A DNA stretch of 64,000 nucleotides. It comes from Eledone cirrhosa (taxonomy: Eukaryota). Both the position numbers and the translations under genes were made by a program. Shown in pieces: positions 1 to 11,408 of this stretch (its first letter is position 1; each line of letters opens with the position of its first letter). The stretch lies in the NCBI GenBank assembly GCA_964016885.1, contig OZ024742.1, forward strand, positions 20,460,001 to 20,524,000, written 5' to 3'. Under the pieces are notes generated by a model, which saw nothing but the letters and a program-made list of their open reading frames with translations, had not been told where the DNA came from and made no database searches.

Positions 1-105
1 TATATGAGTGAAGTTTGGTTGATTGGTGGAGTCACATGAATAAGCACATCAGCTTTCGCGCCAGTTTGTGTTTGAATTTCTTTTTACTTAAAATATATAT
101 ATATA

Positions 106-1114
106 CTAGCAGCAGTACCCAGCGTTGCCTGGGTAGGTAAAATAATATCTGCTTTGATGAAAAGGTGTTGATCTTAGAGACTGCTTCTCGATGACTCATC
201 TATGGCCTCACACAGGCCATGCGGGGGAGGGTGGTGATAACCTCTATCACTGAGAAACGCGGGTGACTGACGAAGGGGCAAGCTGGGGGAGGGAGGTAAT
301 GACCTCTAACACTAAGCCAAATTTCCTCACGCTACTTGATTGGAAACCGATGAATTCTCAAATACACAACTAAAAGCTCAGACGACGTCAGTGGCCATCG
401 TTTTGCCTTTGACCAGCTATAAGATGTGCAATGATAGGTTCTATCGTAGTATAAAAGTTGAACCAAATAAATTGATTTATGTGTGAGGTGGAGCCGAAGT
501 TTCGAATTTGAACGAAATCGGTTGAAAAATGTAGGAGCTAGAGCCGAAAAGGCGGAAATATGAGCGAAAAGGTGATATTTTCAAATATTTAAGCGGCTGC
601 CACGCCGTTTCTGAACAAAAAATCTAAAATGTAAAGCCATTTTAAGACGTGAAATAATCTGATCTAGCGTAATGTAAAATTTGAACAAAGTAGGTTGATT
701 AATGTGGGAGCTAGAGCCTAAAAAGTGAAAATTTGAGTCTAAAAGTGGTATTTTTGAATATCTAAGCGGCTGCCACGGCGTCCCTGAACAACAAATGCAA
801 AATATAAAGCCATTACAGGATGTGTAATGATAAATACTATTTTGCTTTAAAATTTGAACGAAATCAGTGGCAAAATGTGAGAGCTAGAGCCAAAAATCTT
901 ATTTTTCGATACCTAAAAAAAGGTGACCCCTATCGATTTTTATCTGCAGAATGACCCCGGAATAAAAGAACGATATGGTGATATATGGGAAACACTCCCC
1001 GATGAGTAATCTATGAGCCTGTAAAGTTTCATGAAAATCGGTCATAAGATGTAGGCCCCTATAGGTAATACACAGACACACACATACTTAATTTTATATA
1101 TATACATATATAGA
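106..1114 (-). mobile_element. Non-autonomous Helitron with internal ~172-bp tandem repeats
   Basis: On the minus strand it starts TC-TATAT..ATAAAA and ends with the hairpin TACCCAG/CTGGGTA (116-135) followed by CTAG (106-109) and then T. Three diverged internal repeats (AATTTGAAC..GAGCTAGAGCC) lie at ~505, ~677 and ~850. A Lep1-like AAGTTTCATGAAAATCGG..CACAGACACA segment lies near the 5' end. Confidence 0.7.
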
Positions 1115-1124
1115 GAGAGAGAGA

Positions 1125-1905
1125 GAGATAAGCGGAGCAAGTAAAATTCAAACAATTTCTTAAAATAAATTAAAAAATATAATTTAAATATTTACCTAAT
1201 CCATTTGCTTTTACCGACGGTTTCACCTTACAAAAGATTGGAGATCCTAGGGATCTCCAATGGAAATGTTCGGATCATCATCGAGCATTTTCCTTTCCTA
1301 GGACAGAAGTCCCAAGAACGGCAAAATATATTGCCACCTGCCAGCTAACACAGGATCGAATGATGCCGTAAACTTGACCTATGCATGAACCAGCCCTTAG
1401 TAGAAGCAGCAAGTAAACATAGACGTGTTGTCTATCACGCCACTAAAAATAGCAGCTAAATAAAACAACGGATTTGTTCTCTACATAACGGAGAAAATAT
1501 AAAAGGAGATTAATATACCCACAGGTACTAAGTACCCCTGGAAATATATAGGGTGTGTATGATACAGTGGTTGTTACATTGGCAGGTGGCAATATATTTT
1601 GCCGTTCTTGGGACTTCTATTCTAGGGAAGGAAAATGCTCTCTGATGATCCGAACATTTCCATTCGAAGTCCCTAGGATCTCCAATTTTTTGTAAGGTGA
1701 AACCGTCGGTAAAAGCAAATGGATAAGGTAAATATTTAAATTATATTTTTTTATTTATTTTAAGAAATTGTTTGAATTTTACTTGCTCCGCTTATCTCAA
1801 TTTTATAGTTCTGGTATGTCAAATTAATACCATGGAACAACCACTGTATCATAGACACCCTATATATTTCCAGAGGTACTTAGTACCTGTGGGGATATTA
1901 ATCTC
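1125..1905. mobile_element. Inverted-repeat PLE pLTR relic
   Basis: 1125-1343 is an inverted copy of 1580-1798, and 1506-1582 is an inverted copy of 1830-1905. It contains a hammerhead motif and is flanked by (GA)n/(TA)n. Confidence 0.6.
1636..1717 (+). ncRNA. Type I hammerhead ribozyme motif (long stem II)
   Basis: UGCUCU-CUGAUGA(1642)...GAAA-CC-GUC-GGUA^-AAAGCA. Stem I has one mismatch. The inverted copy has a damaged core (AUGAUGA). Confidence 0.55.
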
Positions 1906-1988
<83 letters not shown>

Positions 1989-2226
1989 TCCAAGCCTAGG
2001 TTTGGAAGAAACAATTGTCAGCGGATAAATGTTTTGAACATAGCTTTGATTTGTGAATTCAATATTACTGCTCTGTAAAACAACTGATGTTCTTACATTG
2101 AGCTATTTATCTTACTGGTAATAAGGTAGTAATAAATTACTGACCTTCCCTGTTTATAGTTGTTTATAGTTTAAAATATACATAGTTATAAATAGTATCC
2201 TTAATATTATATATATATATATATAT

Positions 2227-2421
2227 AAAACACGAAGGAAGTGTGGTAAAGAACCAGGTGGGCCATAACGCACCAGATACTCGATACTTAGGGTAGTAGA
2301 GTGGGTAATAGAAAAAGAGTCAGGACCCCTACGGCTGAGCTCCGGCCGTTTCGACAGCTAGATCCGAACGGATCTAGCTGTTGAAACAGCCGGAGCACAG
2401 CCGTCGGGGTCCTGCCTTTTA

Positions 2422-2426
<5 letters not shown>
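2227..2426 (-). mobile_element. Palindromic PLE pLTR fragment (family A, 3' half of a hammerhead)
   Basis: Hairpin 2308-2425 centred on 2367-2368. The family consensus is GAAACGGC..GCCGUC^GGGGUCC. The same family occurs at 36913-37050 and 63864-64000. Flanked by (TA)n. Confidence 0.6.
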
Positions 2427-2466
<40 letters not shown>

Positions 2467-3868
2467 TTATAAGCTGCTGACTATCCAAGGTTGTGTGTGC
2501 AACACTCTAATTAGTAAATAATTGTTTCTACTTTAAGCACAAGGCCACCAATTATCACAGCGTATTACTGGTACTTTATTTTATATATGTGTGTGTATAT
2601 GTGTGTGTTGGTTCTCTCTAAATGAATGTGTTTCCGCTGATTCACTGCGTTAGTGTTTATTATCATTGCTGAAATATTTAAGCTGACTGTAGATCAGTTT
2701 TCTCCGGGATAGAAAGCTAATACTGCGAAGCTAAACTCTCGTATCTTTAAACTCTAAATTTCGAATTTAACGATTGAATTTTACTTGAATCACTCCAGAG
2801 TCGATAAATTAAGTAGCAATGATATCAATAACAATATCTTTCTCTTGACAGAAATCTTGCCCTTATACCTTGTTAGAAGAGATCAAAATGAGAGCTTCTA
2901 ATTTGGTGTGCCTGTTCTGTTATAACCAAATAAATCTGTCAGTACGACGATGGATTTAGGAACAGAAAAACAACAAAAAGTGAATGGAAACATAAATTTT
3001 CAAAACAGCACTGAGATAAAAACTCAATTAAGTATCTTAAGCAAGTATCTTTACTGTATTATTTTTACTTTTGTTTGTGATTGAATTACTTGCATCAAAG
3101 GTGTAAAAATATTGTATTTAATGAACACTTCACAGCTGATATCATAACGGCCATTTATATTCGCCTAGTGATCTGTCACTTACTTCTTGGAAAACACAAT
3201 TTGCCAACATGTTCGCCATAAAAGCTTCATTATAAATCCTTATTCTGATAAAATCAGAATATTAAGCATATTTTGGTAATGTTGTGCCATTCATATACAT
3301 CAATTTAAAATACATTTTCTTTTCTCTTTCATCAAACCATTTCTATGTAGTTACCTGTAAATTTTCGTCTATATTTAACGGACGTTTTTTACTGTCATTA
3401 TCGGAAAGTAAAATGAAGTTTACATTAAGTGTTCTTGCAGTACATACAAAACTATTCCTCAAATAGTTAGTATTTATTTATATTTGTCGTTGTTTCTATG
3501 CTTAAAGAACTCATTTCTGCGTAATATATGATTTGATGTTAGAAATCAAGCTATTTCTACCGTGTTCAAAACCCACAAATATGTTTCCTAATTACTCATT
3601 TGGTTTACAACAAATATATCGTATATTTGATGTATTTAGGGTTGAGTAAACTTAGTATATATGAACGTATACACACACACATATATATACCTATCTATAC
3701 ATATATTTATGTATATACATATCAATATATATATATACATATTTATATACATATCGATATGTATATATATATCAATACATATATACCTGTATATACATAT
3801 ACATGTATATATGTGTGTGCATATATACATATATATATGCACACACACGCTTATGTATATAAATATAT

Positions 3869-3903
<35 letters not shown>

Positions 3904-4099
3904 CATGCAAGCACATATAGATACATATATAGATACGTACATACATAACATTTATTCACCCCTACATCAAATGTATATATCTGTAAACCAAATGAATAAT
4001 TAGGAGACATATTTGTAGGTTTTGAACACGGAAGAAATAGATTAATTTTTAATATCGTCGTATATGTGTGAAATGACCATAATAACAGTTGATCACATA

Positions 4100-4300
4100 A
4101 TATACATACATGGTGGCTACCAACTCGTTTTCGAGTACGGCCACTACTTTATATCCATGTAGGAGAGCCCCTACCGATGCGCTGAATGAGTGTGACTTTT
4201 TAGTCCAGCCAGCGACTTGAAAACTCTGGTACAAACACCACACTTGTGACAATTATTGACACATAGTGCTGGGCCCATGGTACCATGTGACGACAAGTGC
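4100..4300 (-). mobile_element. RTE-clade LINE 3' end fragment
   Basis: The minus frame reads CGVCTRVFKSLAGLKSHTHSAHR*, resembling the C-terminal C2H2 motif of RTE/BovB ORFs. It is followed by a short 3' UTR and an ATGT tail. Confidence 0.5.
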
Positions 4301-4423
4301 AGGGAGATCTCCAGATATAAAACAATGCCTGTGCCGTGAAGCTTTTATAGTGAGCAAAGGCACTGCACTGCAGGACTAAAAACAAAACCTGTCAAAGGGC
4401 AAAGGAGCTCTTAAGAGTCAATG

Positions 4424-4531
4424 ACATACATACATACATACATACATACATACATGCATACATACATACATACATACATACATACATACATACATACATA
4501 CATACATACATACATACATACATACATACAT
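4424..4531. repeat. (TACA)n microsatellite
   Basis: Direct reading. Confidence 0.95.
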
Positions 4532-4534
4532 AGG

Positions 4535-4725
4535 AGAATATTTATGCAGAACTAATGAGAAATCTGCAGATACCCCCACCCTGATTATACCTTCGGGTTT
4601 ATGCCTGTGATTATTGGGGCACTGGGGTATGTTAGTAACTGCCTCAATACAAATCTTGAGAAGCTGGGCTTCACAGGAACAGAAAGAAGACATCTAGTTA
4701 GGAAATTACAAGTACAATCCAATTT
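4535..4725 (+). mobile_element. R4/Dong-like (REL endonuclease) LINE C-terminal fragment
   Basis: Frameshifted translation YAELMRNLQI..DYTFGFMPVIIGALGYVSNCLNTNLEKLGF..LVRKLQ resembles the KY..L...PiiiGAlG tail of REL-type elements. Confidence 0.5.
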
Positions 4726-5247
4726 GGTAATAAGCTGGAACAGTAAAAATAAGTAAAACATTCCAAACATTTTGTATCTAATAACTGTATATACACATGT
4801 ACAGATACAACTCAAAACATCCACATCCACACATACAATAACATCCATACCTGCACACACATGCATGCATGCAGACATGCATACATATCTACCTAGTTGA
4901 TGTTGTGTAAATTCCAATGAGAGAGTCTTGTAACTATGGTAGAAACCGACTCTCTCTATTGGCAAAAATTTGTGAAATTATAAAACCAGAACATACATAC
5001 ATACATACATACATACAAGCATTCATAGATAGTTAATGCACCTGTGAACATGTCTGCAAATATAATGAATGAAGGCTACTGAAAGCTCTGTATGTAGAGA
5101 TGGAGAGATAGCGAGTGAGATTACACAACGAGAAGAGTTAGTAAATATACATTTTATTTGAACCGCTGCCTTGATGGTTCAAACTAAAACATTTCTGAAC
5201 CTATTTCAAAATATGATTCTTATTCTTATTATTATTATTCGCCCACA

Positions 5248-5465
5248 GGGTGGTGGATTGGCTGTATCGGTAGAGGATCGAACGCCATGCTTTTCAGCAA
5301 AGAGTTACGGCCCTTTATGATCTGAGTTCAAATCCTGCCGAGGTTAACTTTGCCTTTCATCGTTACGGGTTTAATCAAATAAAGTACCAGTCACGCACTG
5401 GGGTCGATTTAATCGACTTTCCTCTCCCCCAAAATTGCTGGCCTTGTGCCTATATAAGAAACCAT
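5248..5465 (+). mobile_element. tRNA-derived SINE
   Basis: A-box-like TGGCTGTATCGG, B-box GAGTTCAAATCC, and conserved body GCCTTTCATC..AAATAAAGTACCAG..CACTGGGGTCGATT. Many copies in the window. Confidence 0.85.
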
Positions 5466-5482
5466 TATTATTCTTCGCCTAG

Positions 5483-5670
5483 GGGCGGTGGATTGGCAGC
5501 ATCGATAGAGGGTCAGGCGCCATGCTTTGAAGCATAGAGTTACCTCCCTTTATGATCTGAGTTCAAATCCCGCCGAGGTTAACTTTGCCTTTCATCCTTA
5601 CGGGGTAGATAAAATAAAGTACCAGTAATGCACTGGGTAATTGCTGGCCTTGTGCCAAACGTAGAAACAA
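5483..5670 (+). mobile_element. tRNA-derived SINE (tandem second copy, short variant)
   Basis: Same A/B boxes and body. It lacks the GGTCGATTTAATCGAC segment. Confidence 0.85.
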
Positions 5671-5675
5671 TTATT

Positions 5676-5960
5676 ATTCTTCGCCCACATATTTCTGAGA
5701 GGATCGTGGTGGCTGACTCCTCAAACATTCCTTCCAGCGGGTCCTGTCAGAAGCAACCGTCTCCAGTTGATCCGAATAGATCCCCAAGCGAGAACAACTA
5801 AGATCATGGATAACATCCAGGAGCTTAACGGTTGGTTTTGCCAGGAAAATCTCTCTGGGAATTCTTTCCTGAGACATTCTAACCACATACCCATAGTATC
5901 AGAGCTATGATCTCTCAATTTGGAGAAGTAGCAGCTCTACCTAGAGTGACTCTCTTATTC
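5676..5960 (-). mobile_element. RTE-clade LINE 3' end fragment
   Basis: Degenerate YYGYVVRMSQERIPREIFLAKP..ASDRTRWKECL matches the RTE C-terminal W.GHV.RM...R.P and DR..W motifs. It has a (TAA)n tail, and a related piece occurs at 19575-19680. Confidence 0.7.
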
Positions 5961-6015
5961 TTTGTAGTTCTAATATATATATATATGTCTCTATCTCATA
6001 TAGCCATGTTTGAAG

Positions 6016-6047
<32 letters not shown>

Positions 6048-6283
6048 GGATGAGAAGAGGGCTGTGTGGTTACTGATAACGTGTGTTAGAAGGTAAGAGG
6101 ACACAAACAAGAGGTGGACAGTGTCCCTTCGTCAGTAGTTAACTACGGATCACAGTTGTTTCGGCACGTTATTAACTATACATTTATCCGTAGCGCGCCC
6201 ATAACCTTTTATCTATCAAAAGGCTATGAAGGAGGGAAAGAAAAGAAGAAAGAGAGAAGAAAAAAAACGGAAAAATACATATT

Positions 6284-6341
<58 letters not shown>

Positions 6342-6345
<4 letters not shown>

Positions 6346-6632
6346 CAGAATAATAATAAATGAAGACATTCACATAATCAAAATATATGTTTTATTATAT
6401 AGATTTCGAAGATACTGTGCTGTCTTTTCAGTACGTCCTCGAGAGATAAAATACATGAATTGATGTATGACATACCTCAACGGACTTGATGGTTCAATTC
6501 CAGTATTGGCAGTACTGGAATTGAACCATCAAGTCCGTTGAGGTATGTCATACATACATCAATTCATGTATTTTATCTCTCGAGGACGTACTGAAAAGAC
6601 AGCACAGTACCTTCGAAATATATATAATAAAA
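6342..6632. mobile_element. Near-perfect palindrome, probable PLE pLTR inversion
   Basis: Arms 6390-6505 and 6513-6632 with a 7-nt loop. It has a degenerate CUGAAAA..GAAAUAUAUA core, and the left arm has a ~50-nt extension ending in (TA)n. Confidence 0.5.
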
Positions 6633-6977
6633 TTCCTGCGTTCAAATTCCACCTTTCATCTTTTGATGTTGAAACAAAAACTACCAGACCAGTCCTGGGA
6701 TCGATTCTTCCTCTAGATCACTTTCACCCTATATCTTTCTCACCATCTCTCTCTCTTTCTCTGGAAGAAATCGGTTGTGTTCAAACATAGGAAAAAAGAT
6801 GGACGTCGCCAGGTTTTTAAAATGTCCAAGACCTGCTGTACGTCACTAGGGTACTCATATGACTCCGTCAGAAGTTACGACAGCATACATACATGATTAA
6901 GATACCAATTTATTATAATTGCTAATAGGTGTGGTAAATGGCTGGATTACTTGTGTAGATTGCTAGTTGTTAACAAT

Positions 6978-7164
6978 TAGAATAGGCGTGGCTTAGAATA
7001 GAAGGTGTGGCATATATTAGAAGGTGTGGCTTAGAATAGAAGGTGTGGCATAGATTAGAAGGTGTGGCATAGATTAGAAGGTGTGGCTTAGATTAGAAGG
7101 TGTGGCATAGATTAGAAGGTGTGGCTTAGATTAGAAGGTGTGGCTTAGATTAGAAGGTGTGGTC
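6978..7164. repeat. 19-bp minisatellite (AGAAGGTGTGGCWTAGATT), ~9-10 copies
   Basis: Direct reading. An isolated monomer lies at ~8109-8126. Confidence 0.9.
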
Positions 7165-7375
7165 GTGTGGTCAGATGCTTAATATGTAGATCTTTTGACA
7201 CAAGTCTTTATATTTACTGTGGTGCTTACTCTTTGGTAATAAGCTGGATGGATTGTGTGTAATACTATAGAAGGAAGTCACATAATTTTCAATATCTTAA
7301 ATGTTTCCACCTTCCCTATTTCTCTCTCGATACATACGAATATGTATGCTTGTTTGGGCGTAGATATATAAATAC

Positions 7376-7447
<72 letters not shown>

Positions 7448-7525
7448 ACACCCACCCATAAACTCATGTGTCTGTTTACGACTAAAGTCGGTAGATTATT
7501 TGATCAACCAACTTTTCTTTACTTG

Positions 7526-7601
<76 letters not shown>

Positions 7602-7832
7602 TATATATGTATATGTGTGTGTGTGTACACCCGGCACGCCTCGGAATATATATACACAGGCACATACAGATACATATAGACATACACACTTTCGTATACA
7701 CATGAATTTAATTATATTCTATTATTAATGTGAGAGTTGACAAATACATGCACATACATACACACATATATATATAAATATATATATACAATATGTTGAA
7801 AAGGTAGTACACTAGAGAGAGATAGTGCACAC

Positions 7833-7873
<41 letters not shown>

Positions 7874-7949
7874 GTGAATGTATGTATATATATAAGGATT
7901 TTAAATTATGAATTTTATGTACGTGTAAGAAATATGCGTGTAAATCTGT

Positions 7950-8473
7950 GTATGAGTGAATGTGTGTATGTGTGTATGGGTGAATGTATATATATATGTG
8001 TGTGTGTGTGTGTATGTGTATGAGTGAATGTATATATATACAGTATATATGTGTGTGTGTATGAGTAAATGTATATATATATATATATATATATATAGTA
8101 TAAAAAAAAGATTAGAAGGTGTGGTCAAAACTATCCACACTCTACTCTCTAAGAATATTGAGTGCTAATTTTGGCATACCGCCTATGGAAGCACCATAGC
8201 TACCATTATACACACGTATATATATATATATATATGTATGTATATGTGTGTGTGTGTGTGTGTATGTGTATGAGTGAATGTATATATATATATATATATA
8301 TGTGTATTGGTGAATGTATATTTATATATATACATGTGTGTGTATTGGTGAATGTATATTTATATATATATATCTGTGTGTGTATGGATGAATGTATATA
8401 TATATATGTGTGTGAGTGTGTGTGTGTATCGGTGAATGTATATATATGTGTGTGTGTGTATGTGTATGAGTGA

Positions 8474-8513
<40 letters not shown>

Positions 8514-8568
8514 ATGGGTGAATGTATATATATACATGTGTGTGAGTGTGTGTGTGTATCGGTGAATG

Positions 8569-8626
<58 letters not shown>

Positions 8627-8744
8627 GGAGGTGAGTTTTATTGTAGTACAATAAAGCAATGCAGATATCGGATAAGAAGCACTCTACAGTTTGTAGGACT
8701 GGAGTATACATAATATATATATATATATATATATATAGTGAATG

Positions 8745-8810
<66 letters not shown>

Positions 8811-9070
8811 AGTGAATGTATATATATATACATGTGTGTGTGTATGAATAAATGTATATTTATATATATATGTGTGTGTGTCTATGGGTGAATGTATGTA
8901 TGTGTGTGTGTGTGTGTGTGTATGGGTGAATATATATATATACATGTGTGTGTATGAATGAATGTATATTTATATATATATGTGTGTGTCTATGGGTAAA
9001 TGTATATATATATATGTGTGTGTGTGTATGGGTGAATATATATATATACGTGTGTGTGTATGAATGAATG

Positions 9071-9103
<33 letters not shown>

Positions 9104-9110
9104 TTATGTA
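7950..9110. repeat. Compound (TG)n-ATGRGTGAATG-(TA)n minisatellite
   Basis: A recurrent GTGAATGTATA anchor separates variable TG and TA runs. Confidence 0.8.
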
Positions 9111-9569
9111 TTGTGTTCTGTATAGGTATGTTTTCTATAGTACCAATAACAAAATAAAATTAACATTTAAACATTATAATTTTTAATTTTCTCTTTAAAC
9201 GAGCCTCCATCCTCCATCTCTCCATTTGAAATGAAACCAAAATATAACATAGATGGCAGCAGCTGTTAGAATCATTACAGAGAATATAGAAGGTCGATTT
9301 CGGTTGCTTCTCTGGCAATTTGTTACCATTCTATGTTCCATCTGACGTTAATGAATGGTCATAGAATAAATATATGAAGAATTATTCGTCACATTATTTT
9401 AATAGAGGACACTTTTGTTGACATCAGAGCAAATGGAGAAGATATTAATTGCTTTTTATACAAGTGAAACATTTTTTCACTGTTTTCTGTTGAAATGAAA
9501 TATATCTTCGTTGATTCAATTTATCTTTGGTAATATTTTTATTATAGGAGATTCTGATTAATCACAGCT

Positions 9570-10370
9570 TGTGGTGGTGGTGGGGAAATGGTGGTAGTAG
9601 TGGTGGTGGTGGGAGTGGTGGTGGTGGTGGTGGTGGTGGGAGTGGTGATGATGGTGGTGGTGGTTTTGGCGATGTTGGTGGTGGTGGTGGTGAAAGGTAT
9701 TGGTGGTGGTGGTGGTGGTGGTGTGGAAATTGTGGTGGTAGTGATGGTGGGGAAATGGTGGGGAAATGGTGGTGGTGGTGGGAGTGGTGATGATGGTGGT
9801 GGTGGTTTTGGTGATGGTGATGGTGCTGGTGGTGGTGGTGATGGTGTGGAAATTGTGGTGGGAGTGGTGATGATGGTGGTAGTGGTTGTGGTTGTGCTGA
9901 GAGAAGAAGGTTGTGCTGGTGGTGGTAGTGGTGATGGTGATGGTGGTAGTAGTGATGGAGGTGTTGAGAGTGTTGGTAGTGATGAACGTGGTGGTGGTGG
10001 TGAAAGTGGGAGGTATTGGTGGTGGTGGTGGTGGTGGTAGTGGTAGTGGTGGTTGCCAAGTGTTGCTATTGGTGGTGGAAGTGGTGCTGGTGGTGCTGGT
10101 GGTGTTGTGAGTGGAAGGTATTGGTGGTAGTTGTAGTGGTAGTTGTGAAAGTGTTGCTAGTGATGGAGGCTATTGGTGGTGAAAGAAGTGGTGGTGGTTG
10201 TGGTGGTAGTGGTTGTGGCGGTGGTACTGGTGCTGCTAAAGGTGGTGGTGGTAGTGGTGGTATTGGTAGCGGAGATAATGGAGGTGGGTGATGTTTCTGG
10301 TGCTGGTGATGGTGGTGGCGGTGATGATGTTGGTACCTGTGTTGTTCTTGTTGGTGATGATGATGGTGAT
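9570..10370. repeat. Degenerate (GGT)n low-complexity tract
   Basis: Direct reading. Confidence 0.85.
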
Positions 10371-10553
10371 TTATTTTATTCAATTTAGTTTAGATGTAAT
10401 ATCAAATGCTTCATTTCTCAATCCTGTGTAAAATTCAATCAGGAACTTTACCTAACATTTTATATTTAACACATTTATCAAACTTATCAAACGCTAATCT
10501 AAGTAAAGAAAATATATAATATATGTATTATTGTATTTTTATCCAATAATATA

Positions 10554-10590
<37 letters not shown>

Positions 10591-11408
10591 AGAATGGGTT
10601 GTAGTTTGCTTGAAGCATTCTGTTAGTATATAAAGTAATACGTTATTTGAAGACTAGGACAATACAAAACGGACGATAGATGTTGGAATAAATTGAAGGC
10701 AACGAAGGTAATAGTGTCACCTTTTATTTAATTGTCCTTTTTTTTTCATTTGTTTATACAAAGAAGGAATGCTTCATAATTTAGAACAAAGAACTCCCTG
10801 TTATTTTTTCTCAGTGGCGATTTTCTTCTTTGGATCTTTACCAAGCAGTCTCATAGAATTATGCTCTACATAGTACTCTTTAGCATAATGGTCTCACTAA
10901 TTTAACGCTTTAGCATTTAAACTGGCCATATCTCTAACCTCTTTCTGTTCAAACCGACCGTAACTGGCCATTAATACTGAAGTTGAGGTATTGTTCTTAA
11001 AATAAATAACATCAAAATCTCGGAGATTCGATATTATGTGAGATAATTATGTAAAATAAAGCCTTTACCATAAAAATACAATAGTATATATAAAGTAATG
11101 TAAATGCGAAAGTGTTAAAACTGGTTCAACACTGTTAGATAGATAAGTTTCTTTTATTTGCCACTAGGGCATCAAAAGTGGGACAAGTACAAAGGGGGGA
11201 GTTTACACAAAAAGGCGTCCTCAATAAGGAGGAGGCAATAACAAAATATAAAAAAAAATAAGATATAACAAAAAATAAAATTTTTAACAAAATCCTCAAT
11301 AGAGAGGAGGCGCCTTGGGGGGTCGCACACACCCCCGAAAAAAGTGTGCAACCCTTTTCCTCAGGAGCACAGAGAGGGGGTGCTCCCTCGTTCCTTCCTC
11401 TTTTCCAC

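Noticed and set aside
5248-5340. tRNA genes at SINE heads
   Set aside because: A/B boxes are present but there is no cloverleaf, and they continue into a shared SINE body.
6130-6205. Hammerhead on the minus strand (GAAACAACUGUG, CUGACGA)
   Set aside because: The elements are not in a foldable arrangement and the cleavage triplet is GUG; at best a decayed relic.
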